DNA of 64,000 bases from Amoebidium appalachense (GCA_963693365.1 CAVNZM010000002.1:2000259-2064258); one strand, 5' to 3'. Positions 1 through 17,927 are shown, numbered from the stretch's first letter. Notes: generated from the letters alone by a model not told the origin. Numbers and translations are program-made.

Positions 1-578
1 ATTTGGACCGTATTGAGACCCTATTATAAGCATATCACAACCCTATAACCAATAGCGACGTTATGTTTGTATCGGCCATATGGGACATATGTGTTGGGTA
101 TATTGCCAATAACCCAAAATGGTCAGGAATAATACATTCATAATATATTGGCAATAGTCTTGCCACGTTGGACAATACCATAATTTGACACAAAATTATC
201 CTACATTTTATATATTCATAACTTATTGACAATACTCCGCAAGCAATAGTATAATACCGAATAAATACATTGACAATATCGAAATTGTATTGTTAATAGG
301 CACACGTACACGCGTTTTGAGATATTGCCAGTACATTACTCATACGGTATATAGTTATTGGTGGTAGACCCGGCATGGTATGACAATAATATCAAAATAT
401 GTTGCCGATATTACGTCAATATTACAGTTCTATTACACTTCTATAGCGTCTCTACCACAGAAAATCTCTACTCGCAATACATTGGCAATGGATAATTGAT
501 ATTACTTCAGTATTAATCTGGTATTTTTACGATATTGGCAATAGATAATAGCCTCACAATATTGGCAATACCGCCGGG
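1..578. repeat. AT-rich array of short imperfect palindromes (TATTGGCAATA/TATTGCCAATA); probable end of a non-autonomous DNA element
   Basis: Motif recurs in both orientations (e.g. ~101, 146, 481, 533, 560); no credible ORF; truncated by window start. Confidence 0.5.
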
Positions 579-1341
579 AAGTTTGCTGATGCCCCCCCCC
601 CCCCCCCCCCCGTATCTCTCTCTCCCTTATTTATGTGGGCACAGATATCTGTAGATCTGTGCCCACCTGGCTCTCTTGCCTGATAAGAACTTATTGTATT
701 TTATTTCTGTTTGCTCTCCTCTGTTTATCCGAGAGGTAGCGTGATTGGCTCGCCTCACTCGTTGTCTTTCCTTTATTTCAAAATGGCTTAGTTTGTTCTC
801 AAAAGGATGGCTCGCCAATAGTCGCGAGCGAGTACATCTGTAGATTGTGTTGTGCATTCCTGTCTATTAATATATGTGTGTTGTGATTGGACAATAGATA
901 TATATGGAATTCGGTTTATTGCAAAGTGTCTTCACTTTGAGAGTGTCGACTATTAGGAAATATATGTATTTAAATAAGTTTCTTTATAGAGACGAACATA
1001 AATATATATATGAGTTAATAGTGACTAGATGTATAATTACTTAATTTATTTAAGTAAGAGTTTCTAAACTTTAGTTTAATCGGAAGTTGGAATGCGTATG
1101 CTCTGTCGGAATGTGTTTTTCTATCTTCTGATAGAGCCGATTGGTTCTCCCTCTTTAGTTGTGATAAAGTGATAAGTCGCAAGTACAAAAGGAACCGAGA
1201 GCACAATAAAGAATCAGTTGTTGTTTGAAATCTTTCAATGTCTCGTGAACAACTCCGATTGCCCTCTCATTAATGTGTTAGTCGTGTTTTACATGACACC
1301 TCTGTGCACTCTGCTCCCTTAGACCCGTACAAAACAACACA

Positions 1342-2200
1342 TACCCACAAAGGCAATATACATATGAACTAATGATGGTGGTAAACTAAGTAGTAATCTT
1401 TCCAGCCGGGACATCAGCAATCTCCACCGGGGATCGTATACCCCTCGTAATGCCATCTCCGATGGCGTAAACCTGTCACCTATCGTAAAGCACACCGCGA
1501 GTTCATATGGAGTGGTTGCACGACCTCTTTACGATAGTGTAAAGAGTTCCATGGGGTAAACGGAGCGTCTTATGTATATACATTGGATATACGCTTTACG
1601 ACATCCATAGGGTTTAAGGATGTCGTAAAGGCTCGTATATCATATGTATATCCGATGTATATACATTGCACTATACATAGGATATCCGATGTATATACAT
1701 GGCACTATACATAGGATATCCGATGTATATACATTGCACTATACATAGGATATTCTATGTATATCCAATGTATACTTGAACCTATGTATATCCATATGGA
1801 TATAAAATGTATAACCTATGTATATACATACGACTATACATAGAACATACATACGAGAGCGTTACGAGCGGTCTGAATACCGCCATAATACGGACACAAA
1901 CCCCCCCATTTCAAAGTCAGAATGGATATACTATGTATGCCATTACGCGCTGCGGAAACCCATCGTAACCTTCACCATCCGAGTATCCAAACCCGGCCCG
2001 TTGGATATCTTAAGAATATGTTTAGGAGCGGCTTAATACCATCGTAACCCCATGATGACATATGATATACATCGATGTATTTTACGAATTACCAACCATA
2101 TACATATGATATACATATGGCTGGTCTTGGGGTACATTACGACCCCCATAATACCGTCGTAGACATTTCCATAAGAGCCCGTACACCACACGGCGTATGC
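1342..2200. repeat. Palindrome-rich repeat with internal 34-bp tandem units; MITE-like
   Basis: ATATCCGATGTATATACAT(T/G)GCACTATACATAGG about 3 times at 1649-1750; 13-bp stem CTTTACGACATCC...GGATGTCGTAAAG at ~1594-1630; many TTACGA/TCGTAA motifs; only degenerate candidate termini. Confidence 0.45.
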
Positions 2201-2212
2201 ATATACATAGCC

Positions 2213-2619
2213 TAGCATAATGTTCTATGTTCCCCAACTATTAGGAATACTTATATTTAGATGTGTTATGTTAAGAACACGGCGTCGTGGGAAAGGAAGG
2301 AAAAGGAATGAGGATAGAAAGGAATGGAATGGGAAAGGAATCGAATAGAATTAATGAGGAATGTAAGTTACTATATTTGGGAAAATACAACGAGATCTGA
2401 TTGGACGACATATTTAGATATTGACACAAACGACAATACGTGTGCGCGGGCTAAATATCTCGATGTGTACACAGATCTAAGATATCGGTGTATACGGAAA
2501 CAGAAAGGAAAGAAAGAAAGGAAGAAAGGAAAAGGGAAAAGGAAACAAACTACAACAAACTAATAAACATATACAAAACTCAACTTCTAAGTCTTGCCGT
2601 GAATCATGGGAAGATGACA
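2213..2619 (-). mobile_element. Copia-family LTR copy (solo-like) with its terminal ~67 bp inverted
   Basis: 2283-2619 is closely similar to 17982-18318 and ends AAGATGACA; 2213-2279 is the reverse complement of 16019-16031 plus 17930-17981. Confidence 0.8.
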
Positions 2620-4210
2620 GGTGGGGGCGGTGTTAGCGGTGTTAGCGGGGTGAGGGCGGGGTGAGGGCGGGCATGTCGTTTTGGGGCGGGGTGAGGGCGG
2701 GCATGTCGTTTTGGGACGGGCATGTTGTGGTGAGGGCGTGGTGAGGGCGGGCATGTCATGGTGAGGCGGGGTGAGGCGTGGTGAGGGCGGCGTGAGGGCG
2801 GGCATGTTGTGGTGAGGGGTGGTGAGGGGTGGTGAGGGGTGGTGAGGGCACTGATAGCACCGGGGGCCCCCTGGTGATACCGGGCGAGGCGAGACGAGGG
2901 GTGACGAGGGGTGACGAGGGGTAAGAGGCGTGACGAGGCAAGATGATGTAGTGAGGCAAGACGATACTAGTGATAGTTATGAGGCGAGACGACACTAGAC
3001 GATACTAGGCAACCCGGTTAGAGGCGTGACGAGGCGAGATGATACTAGATGATACTAGCCAACCCGTGTAGTAGAGGCGAGATGATACTAGACGATACTA
3101 GCCAAACCATTTATAGGCGAGATGATACTAGATGATACTAGTGATACTTGTTGTAATACGTAGTATTTACATATGGTAAGATCTTCTCAGTTTGTGTTAT
3201 GTTTCAGTTCATATGCTTACTGTAAATGCCACACTCCTATTATGTAAAGTGTAGCATCGATCTCCGATATGCTTGTATACTTGTAATCGTGTTGTATCGG
3301 CTTTAATCGTGTATTGTGATATCGAGAATATTTATTTGTGTGTACACGGATCCACCCACTCAGGGAGAGACGTGTACATGTTCGTGTGTACATAAATATC
3401 TCTGGTTATAGTTATGCTATTACTATCTTGTTTGTTGATCTGTGCTCTCTTTTCCTTCCTCTTTCTCCTTCCTTATTTTCTTTTCTTTCTCTCCTTGTCT
3501 TCATGTGTATAATCGTATTTCTTTTCTACTAATATATGTTAGGTAGATTTGTGTTACTTAATACGTGTTCATTGGACGGTAACACACTTAGGCTACACTT
3601 AGAATAACATGTGTGTTTAGACTTCATTAATTTACTTTAGTTTTCATGTGTTGCCGGGCTTTAACCAATCATCAAGGTTAAGTGTGATATGTCTGAGTCT
3701 TTGCAGTGTGTCATAGGTTAGAACTTCCTTGATGATGACACGAGTTGATCTTAACTAGTGTCTGTGTCCTATCGTGTACGTCTCCGCGTACCAGATCTCT
3801 CTGAAAGCAATTGGTTCTTAGTGATTGGTTTCTATTAGAGATAGATCTGATTTCCGACTGGTCGGAAATCATGTATGGATTAGACTTAGAGGAATTTCAG
3901 GTATTTATTCGAAGATCAGAATAAATTCAGTTCAGTCGTGTCTAAACATTGATGTCTGTTGTGTACACTGCTCCGATCGTTCCGTGTTTTGTTGTTGTGT
4001 GTGTCTGTGGTGTTTTCACACTGTGTCTCTGCTTTCATCCCAAATACTTATATAATTTAACAATACTACATAGATGATACTAGCCAACCCGTCTAGAGGC
4101 GGGCAACCCGTTTTGAGGCGAAACGATACAGGCCGATAGGGGCAATACAAGCAAGGCGACCAATACGACGCATACTACCAAGGCGACCAATACGACCATC
4201 ACTATCTAGT
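2620..4210. repeat. Degenerate minisatellite grading from GTGAGGGCGG to GACGAGG to GATACTA units, interrupted at 3149-4070
   Basis: Tandem ~10-bp units visible; GATGATACTAG units resume at 4071 after the insertion. Confidence 0.7.
3149..4070. mobile_element. 922-bp solo-LTR-like insertion (TG...CA)
   Basis: Starts TGTTGTA and ends TACTACA (imperfect inverted termini); AT-rich; cleanly splits the GATACTAG array; no 4-6-bp TSD seen. Confidence 0.55.
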
Positions 4211-4522
4211 CACGACTTTTCATATGGTACCGGCCGGCACAGCCGATGAGCCAATCGCAGCGCGATCGGCCCGAATCGGATCGCATCTTAAGATCCGGGG
4301 AAAAATATTACCTACATAAAAGTTTGCATTTTTCCACGCACCACCGTTTTTCTCCACTCGGTTGTCTTTCACGTGCACGTTACATACCGGCTGTACATGT
4401 CAGGCTGGCTGTTGGCCTGTACATATTGCTACTGAGTCGGAACTGATCAGTCGACGGTGCACGTGAACAAGGGAGTACTTTGCTGTTATTCGAATCCACT
4501 GGTTTATAGGTCTCTCTTACCC

Positions 4523-5870
4523 TTAGGCGGAGCCAAGATGGTCGTACGGTGAATATAGGGCACAGATAGGGCGTGCCGAATAGTGGCTTACAGATTCAAA
4601 TCTTGAGGAGCTCAGCTGAGTTGTGCGGAAAGCGAAGTGGTCCTCCATGAGTAGCGATTTCGTGCCCATGTACTTAATAGTATTAAAGTGATTCTTCGAG
4701 ATCTGCTCATAACGTAGCGGGCTGCAACCTCTTATATTACTTCCCTCCACGTTTAACATAAGAGTCAATAGCGCAACTACACAATACTCCATGTTGCCTT
4801 GTTGTCGTCGTCCACAAGCTCAAGTAAAGTACATTGAGAAAGCATCAATCTGCCGATTTGGAAAGGCGCATCAAAACATAACGGTGTGTTTTTGTACGAG
4901 CCTATGTGCACTGGGTGTGTGCATATATTATGTTGGTGGCCGTGTGTGGGGAGGGGGGGGGGGGGGAGGGGAGGGGGGAGGAGGAGAAGGAGGTTTGCAC
5001 ACCTGGCGAACCAGCCGCACGAACACTAGATAACAAGGCCTACAACAAAACCCTTTGAGCCCAGTTAAATTGACGATGGTTTGCAACGAGAGGAGTGGCT
5101 GGGTTTGCCGTGTGGTGTGGGGGGTCATCACGATGGGACTCGGGGCAGGAAGCTCGGGGTTTGCAAGAAATGCAGACAAGGGGAGGGGTGAAATGGGGGG
5201 CCTCTCATGCGTTGGGCGAGGGGGAGGGGGGGGGGGGGGGGGGGGTTGGCAAGGGATGGCGGTGTCGAGTATGAAAAGGATTTTGTCGAAATGGAGTGTG
5301 CTTAGCATTTGACCGAGAGGGGTCGGAAGGAGGTACGGGCGGTGCCCGTACTTAAGGGGGGAGAGGTGTGTGTGTGGTGGTGGTGGTGGTGGTGGTGGGG
5401 GGGGGGGGGCTCAGCATTCCTTTCTTTCTGGTCACAGAGCACTGACAAATTGATTGCACCACTTATCTATTGGTTATCACAGTGCACCTCACTGCAACCC
5501 GTAATGATAATCCAGCGCTAAACACACGATTTTAAAACACTTGATGTAAGGGAATGTATGGTGTTGTTTCTCGGTTTGGGTTGTATTCAAAGCATATTGG
5601 TAGAAAGGTGGCGAATAGGGGGGGTGGGATGACTGATTTAGCTGGTTAGCGGCGCTCTTGGAGATACGAGAGAAGAAAACAGGAATAAGCGTTGCCAGGA
5701 GATCCGAAACGGAAGCAGCTTTCAGTATTTCACCCCCGCGAAGCTTCTGACTGCCCTTATATCTGGCAGGTATTTTGGCCCGTATGACGACGTCGAATAC
5801 AGGCATGGCCGGGGACGGGGATGAGGGTCGGTACTGGAGAATATCGTCACCGTATGTGACTGTGGGCCTG
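4523..5870 (-). pseudogene. Unidentified spliced coding remnant (best exon ~5868-5492)
   Basis: Non-repetitive open stretch PTVTYGDDILQY...DYHYGL bounded by CAG and GTGAG; more high-complexity islands between poly-G runs; no recognisable domain. Confidence 0.3.
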
Positions 5871-6271
5871 CAGGAGGAGGCTAAATTTACCAGATTGGAC
5901 TTGGTATGCGCTGTGCTCCATGGGATTTTTTTATCTGGCTCACACACGCACACACACATGCACGCTCCTTCTCGCCCTCTCTGTCTCTCTCTCCGTCTCT
6001 CTCTCCCCCCCCCCTCCTCTCTCTCTTTGTGTGTGTGTGTGTGTGTCTGTCTCTCTTTCCCCCCCCCCCCTCCCCATCCGTCTCTCTCTTCCCCCTCCCC
6101 CATTCTTTCCCCCTCCTCCCCCCTCTCTCCCTTAACCTTACCTCTATTGCCACCTATACCTATGCCCCCCTCTCTCTGATTCGTTCTATTTTACTCTGTT
6201 TTTTTCCCCTCTTCAGCCGTCTTCCTCTTCCCCCATCACCTCCCCTCCCCCCCCAACCCCTTTAACCATTT

Positions 6272-6680
<409 letters not shown>

Positions 6681-6951
6681 TCCCCCCCTCTCTCTCTCTC
6701 TCTCTCTTTCTCCCCCCCCCCCCTCTCTCCCTCCCTCCCTCTCCCTCTCTCTCTCTCTCGCTCGCTCTTTCTCTCCCCTCCCTCTCTTTCCCTCCCTCCC
6801 TCTGCCCCCGGCCACACACACACACACACACACAAACACACACTCCCCCTCCCTCTCTCTCTTTCTCTCTCCCCCCCCCCCTCTCTCCTCCCCCCCCCCC
6901 CCCCCTAACCCACTCCTCTCCCCCTCCCCCCCCCCCCCCCCCCCCCCCCGT

Positions 6952-7014
<63 letters not shown>

Positions 7015-7111
7015 ACACGCGCGCATGCACACACACGCACACACACACACACACACACCTCTGTCTGTCCCCCTTTCTCCCTCTCTCTCTTGTACACGCG
7101 CGCATGCACAC

Positions 7112-7143
<32 letters not shown>

Positions 7144-7635
7144 CTCTGTCTGTCCCCCTTTCTCCCTCTCTCTCTTTCCACCTCTCCTTTCCCTCTTCCC
7201 CCTCCCCCCCCCCCCCCCCCCCCCCGCTTCTCTCTCCCCTCCCCGCTCCTCCCCATTCACCAACTCCCCACCCCGTCCTCTCCGGGTCCAATCCAAATTT
7301 AGCAGAAAGAGGCCCTGTAGAGAATGCTAAGTAAAGTAAAGTGACAATTAATTGGCGAAGATATGGATTAGAGTCAGAGTGCCACTGATGTTATTCTATG
7401 TTGCTCACTGCGAGGTCATGGAATTGCTAATCTCCTGACTCCTCTCTGATGCTCAGTATGTGTAGTGCTATTCCCCGACAACCAATATCGCTGCTTCTGT
7501 GCATGCGTACTTCACACTTTGCAACACCTTTTAAGCCCCGGGAACTGGCCGGAGTGGAGGGGGGGGGAGGGGGGGAGGGGGGGTGCGGCAATGGGGGGGA
7601 TAAATCTGTTGTTGACATCCGTGTTTCTTGTGCAG

Positions 7636-12294
<4,659 letters not shown>

Positions 12295-13263
12295 TGGGGG
12301 GGGAGGGGGTGCTATTGTGGTTGCCATGGGTTCAATGTACAGTCGGGGGCCCTCGTATGGATGAATTCTGATATTGAGACCTGTGGATTTGCGATGGTGT
12401 GGTTTAGTGTGGGCGGTATAATGGAATGGAATTTCGAAAGTAAAGATGTGCGGACGCAGGGGGGAAGAGAAGGGGACGGGGGGGGGGGGAGGGGGGGGGT
12501 TGTTAGTGGCGAAATGGAATGAATGACCTCTGTATGTATAGGGCATAGTAATGAAGCCTGTGTTTCTGTTATCGTAAATGCATGCTTTTCGGTTCTGTTT
12601 GACCTTGCTTCTCGGCCCTTTCTTGTGTGCTGTGTGTGTGTCCATGCGCCTGTGCGCGACAGGGGCCTGCTACCTGCTATACGTTAACCAGATGAAGATG
12701 GCATCTATTGTGTCCATCTCTTCCTTTCTCTGGGGCGGAGGGAAGGAGGGGGGGGGGGGGGGGGGGGGGGGTTAGAATCTTGTTATATTTCGGTATGATG
12801 CGCTTTCACACCCTGGTGAAAGGTTCCTATGTCAAGAAGGGGGACAATCCTAAGGGCAAAGCCCATATGGCATCATTATATCAGTACCGAAAGCGAAAAT
12901 AGGAGCATTATCATATGTATGTACTGCACCAACTGCAGACGCAAGCAGTTCAAGTTACACATAAAGATATCTAAATATAAATCATTGATATGGCAACCTA
13001 TTCCTGTTTGAAATGAAAAACAACTTTTAAAGGACCCATGTGCTTACAGAAACCTTCCCCTTGAGCCTATCAACCCATCATCCCCCCCCCCCCCCCCCCC
13101 CCCCCGGGGCGCGTCACTAAAACTACCACCGATTAGCACACTTATCTCCCCACCCATACACATACACTTTGACACACAAATACACACTCGCACTCGACAC
13201 ACACTCACCACACACATGTGCACGTGCACATGCACATACACAAATCCGCGGTCTCTTCCCCCC

Positions 13264-13324
<61 letters not shown>

Positions 13325-13385
13325 CCTCCGGCCAAGCTACCACGCACTGCTGTGCAGGACCAAATCGAACAATGCTTTACCCGCA

Positions 13386-14080
13386 TTATGCAGCTTTCAT
13401 ACTCTCATATCTCTTCCTGTGCAACTGCTTCAGTTCGCTCCTTGCATCTTCCAGCTCCTTCTCCTTCCTCAATATGGTTGCCTTTATGGCTATCTCCTTC
13501 GCCTGGTATTCAACCATGGAATTCTGTTCCTTCCTCTTTGGCGTGTTTGGCTTCGTAATCTCTGTCGTGTATTCTTTGGCACTTGTCACCAGCGCTTTGG
13601 TTGCCTTTACCACCTTGTTTCCAGCTAATCCCAGCTCTGCTTGTGGTTTGCTTCCGGCCACAGTCTTAACCCTGCAGTTGGAATTTGCAATAGTTGAGTG
13701 ATTTGAGCTTGTGGTGGTGTGCTGGGGCACTGACAGCGGGATCAAATTGTGACTCCCCGCAACCAGGGAAAGGGAGGGAAAGGAGGGGGGAGGGGGGAGG
13801 GAGGGGAGGGGGGGGGGGGGGGGGAATGCATGGTCGTACGTACAAGAGATATACTGCATATTCCAAGCTTTAAGGCTTCTTGTTCTCTTTGAACTTCCCT
13901 CGATTTGCTCTGGACCTAGCTAGAGTTGGAGTAATATAAATAAGCACATGCATGTAGAAAGTACTTCAACACAGTAAGAATTTGTAGTTCAGTGGCGTCC
14001 ACATGCTACAATAGTTGCATGTCCATGTGCCGGGAGTTTGTCAGCATGCTGTCTACAGCTGCTTTTGTCCATGGTTATCC

Positions 14081-14132
<52 letters not shown>

Positions 14133-14267
14133 GCGTGCGTTTTTTAATTGGACATTCGGGTTGCAGTGGTGGGGTTTACGGACGGGGGATGCCATGTGTG
14201 TGTGTGGGCTCAAGCAGGTGTCATTTGTGTTGTGTGCCTGTCTTTGAGTGTGTGTGCAAGCGCGCCC

Positions 14268-14307
<40 letters not shown>

Positions 14308-14684
14308 GGTGTGTGTAGGTGTGTGTTTGCGCGTGCATGTGTGTACGACACCATGTCACGGTGTGCGTGCATGTAGGTGTGTGTTTGTGTATGTGTGTGT
14401 GTTTGAGTGTGTATATGTGTGGGTGTGCGGGTGTGAGCACGTGTGCATTCACCCGTAGCTACATGGTGTGCGCGCGCGGGTATGTGTGTTCGTGTGGGTG
14501 GGTGGGTGGGTGGGTGTGGGTGGGTGTGTTCGTGTGTGCCACGGTGTGGGTGGGTGGGTGGATGTGAGTCTGTGGGCGCGCGCACGTGCGTTCGTGTATG
14601 TGACCCCCGGTCAGTGTGTGTGTGTGTGTGTGTGAGCGTGTGTGCTTGCGCCTGTGCTTGCGTGCGTGTGTGCGTGCGTGCCTG

Positions 14685-14742
<58 letters not shown>

Positions 14743-15615
14743 ATGTGTGTGGGTGTGTGTGTGCACGTGACACTGTTTTTATTGGAGGGGGGAGGGAGGG
14801 GGGATACCGGCATGCGATCAGCAGCTGCTGGGTGGACGTAGCAACAGCCTTTGAGGCAGCAACAAGCTGCTCCACCGTGGTGCTGCCGTTGACCGACCCA
14901 TGCGCTGCCTCGCACAGCAGACTGGTGGCCCCAGCCACATTCTTGGCTGCGCTGACCAGCCCTTCAGACCAGGTGGCGTCATCGTGATAACGTACCCCAT
15001 CCCTTAAGCCATGAATATGGCCGCTGGCCGAGATTTCTCTTTGGGCTGACTGGGCTGCCTTGAGAAGGCCAGAAGTGGCGGAGGCGACACGCTGCGCCGC
15101 ATCTACAACGCTCGAAGAAACTGTGATTGGTAGTTCACTTGACGTGTTGTTTGATGCTCCCGCAACAGGTAGTGCCTGATCGACAGGAACACTAGAAGGC
15201 ACTGTGGTGGCCAGCTTATGCTCGGCTGCCTCTATTTGAGACATTGCAACCACCAACTCCCGATCAGCAGCATCCGCATGTAAATCCTGCCTGGTGTTAC
15301 CACTGCCAGACCCATTGTTACTGTTGTCAGACGTCTGAGTAGTGAGCGCCAACTGCTCCACGGTCTCTATAAGCGACTTGATGCATTCCAAAGCAGTGAT
15401 AAAGGTCCAAGTACTGCGCCGATTGTAGTGCTGTTGCCTTGGGTGCTCAGAGGTGCAAGTGCGATGGCGACGTGTAGCATGGGCTGCTGAGTCATCGCTA
15501 CATCCCACACGGCTATCAGCAGCAGCACACTGTCTGATGGGCAAACTAGTGCGGCAACTTGCTGGACAGCGGCTGTCAATTGCTCGGTGGTACTCAAAGC
15601 AAGGTCGACCGTCTC
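13386..15615 (-). pseudogene. TLN: Talin C-terminal fragment (end of rod, I/LWEQ actin-binding domain, dimerisation helix); two exons, frameshifted
   Basis: Exons 15615-14808 and 13671-13386 join in phase (CG|G). Motifs AAQSAQRE, DDATWSEGLVSAAKNVAGATSLLCEAA, VATSTQQLLIAC and ILRKEKELEDARSELKQL match talin. The frame shifts at ~15450-15400; no upstream exons found. Confidence 0.85.
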
Positions 15616-15622
15616 CTGTAAA

Positions 15623-16018
15623 TGTTGTTTTGTGTGGGTAAACGGAGAAGCAGAGAGCACAGATGGGTGTTATGTTATACACAACACAGAGACACACGGG
15701 AGAAACACAACCGGAGAGGTGGAACAATTTCTGGAACCATAGGAAATGAATTCGACTGCTTGATATTTATTTCAAGATGAAGTTCCTTTTATACTCAGGA
15801 ATGTGAAATCGATAAGCCAATCAAAAGAACGAAAACTCTATTATCCAATCAGAAAGACGAAAACTATGAGGGTAAAATAAATCGATCGAAATGCCTATCG
15901 ACACATAGAAGATAAAACGCAATCCTCTAATGAAAGTAATCTTCTAATAAAAGTACGGAAACATTTAACAAAATGAAACCACTTATGCATCTATTAGTTC
16001 ACATCATATATTTATACA
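15623..16018. mobile_element. LTR-like repeat terminus (TGTTG...), cut by the copia LTR
   Basis: 15623-15721 is nearly identical to 63902-64000, and similarity starts sharply at TGTTGTTTTG in both; contains CCAATCA motifs. Confidence 0.65.
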
Positions 16019-16031
16019 TGTTCTTGACATA

Positions 16032-16254
16032 CAGGACTCGACCATGTTTAAGATTACGTGAATTTTGGGTCTAGCCAGCTGGAATCTTAATTTTTGGACC
16101 CCTAGCCTCCCCTAGCCTACACAATCTTAAATTTATCAACCCCCCCCACTCCCCCCCCCCCCCCTCCCCCTCCCCTCTCCTTCCCCCCTCCCACCCCACA
16201 CACACACATTTAGCTAAACCGTGTGCCTGACCCCCCCCCCCCCCCCCACCCCCC

Positions 16255-16289
<35 letters not shown>

Positions 16290-17685
16290 CCCCTCCCCTC
16301 TCCTTCCCCCCTCCCACCCCACACACACACATTTAGCACCCTGAAACTCCTAAGTCGAAGCACACCACCAGGGGCAGAGAGAACACACCTGTCAATATTC
16401 GATCGACCCATCCCTGTCCAATCCATCACAACGTTGACCGCTTGGGGGTGTCTCTGGTCCCCCCCGCCCAATTCCTCCGAGGCTTCCCATACTGATTCGA
16501 CCACCATCATTCTTTCACCAAGGGAGTAAGATTCGCGATGCTTAGCCCCGCAGTTATCTTTCCGTCCGTCTACCGGTTTCACAGGACCCGAAGCACTGTC
16601 TCTTGCTTGTCTAGGAACACTTTCCCCTTTCTCCCTTGACTTCCTCGGTTTAGCTACCTTCCCCGTGGCTGATTTTCGTTTCTTTCTTGGCTCTACAATT
16701 GCAGCACCCGTCGTGTCCAACTGGGCACGTTTAGTGGTCCGTTTTGCGGCCAGTTCCTCGTCATAGTTAGTAATTATGATCTTGGGCACCTGAATGTCGT
16801 AGCGCTTGCGCTTTACTTGGCTGGTGGTGTTGTCCGACTGCGCAGACTGGACACACGCAAACATTCGCTTAAGACGATCATCGCTCGTTTTGCACTTGCA
16901 GCGCTTCTCGTGCGAAGCCATAGCCGGGCCGTGGCTTGTTTTGAACGTGCACCCCTGTTTCGCATACATGCATGTATAAGCGCTTTTCTCAACGCGCTCA
17001 ATTCTAACTACTTCCTCTGCTCCTCTTTCGAGATGAATGTACCCTTTGACTTTGCCGTTTTGGTCCCGTTGTTTTATGCGTGTGTTTGTTATCTGATAAA
17101 TACTCACTTTCTTGGTGGAGGAGGAAGAGACGGTATTTGGCCTGGAGAGTGTTTCGTTGGCTGCAGCTGGGGGCCCGGTGGCTGGGCTGGCCATAGTGAC
17201 TGTGTCTGTGCGCGTATTTGTGTGGGTTGTGCGTGTGTGTAGCGAGGGGTCGGCCGAAGCCACCGTAGCATCCGTACTAACAGTTGCAGTTGCTAAAACT
17301 GTGGATATTAGTTCCTGCTTTAAATCATCGACAGCATCATCAATCTTTGCGGAAAAATCATTCTTTATCTTTTTTGCAGCCTTATCCAGTTCACCTATAC
17401 AGTCAAAAACACTAGCTAGCCTGGTATGGCCGTTCCCCCCGTTTAGGGCGGACATTTTCCTGGCTCATTAAATACTAAGAAAGAGTAGATCTCGGAAAGA
17501 TGTTACGAAAGTTCGAGGTGGAAATAAAAAGGTGATACTAAGCCGCACCGTCAGACCGTGTGCACACCGTGCTGACTGAGACCTTGATGCATGCAAGTGC
17601 CCGGCGCCAGCCGGCCGGTAGCGGCTGGGCCACTGATTGGCCCAAAAGCCCGCCCTTTTTATGATTACCCGCTATCAAGATCTAA

Positions 17686-17724
<39 letters not shown>

Positions 17725-17769
17725 CCGATGGTGTGTGTGCGTGTGCAAGGGGAGGGTGGGTGGGTGGGT

Positions 17770-17810
<41 letters not shown>

Positions 17811-17927
17811 CTAGCGAAAAATCTTAGTGGTAGACAGGAAGGTCCAGCCGGCTAGAATCTTAAATTTTCAAAAATTTCTAGCGCTACAATCTTAAATTAG
17901 GATAATCTTAATTCTGGTCGAGTCCTG
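16032..17927 (-). mobile_element. Tc1/mariner-superfamily (pogo-like) DNA transposon, internally deleted
   Basis: TIR CAGGACTCGACCA(N3)TTAAGATTA at both ends; TA duplication at 16030-31 and 17928-29; removing it restores the LTR seen at 2213-2279. Confidence 0.9.
16389..17455 (-). CDS. Transposon protein N-terminus: C2HC-type zinc finger, basic region and probable HTH; no DDE/DDD domain left
   Basis: ATG at 17455; CMYAKQGC...HEKRC; NLS-like PRKKRK; YSLGERMMVVESV...TGMGRSNIDR resembles CENP-B/pogo N-terminal HTH; GT donor at 16388. Confidence 0.65.

Noticed and set aside
15623-15721. Talin capture by the hAT element, because this sequence is shared with 63902-64000
   Set aside because: The shared sequence starts at a sharp TG boundary in both places, so it is a separate inserted repeat
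16214-17455. Fanzor/TnpB nuclease in the TA-flanked transposon
   Set aside because: No RuvC motifs or C-terminal CxxC...CxxC ribbon recognisable
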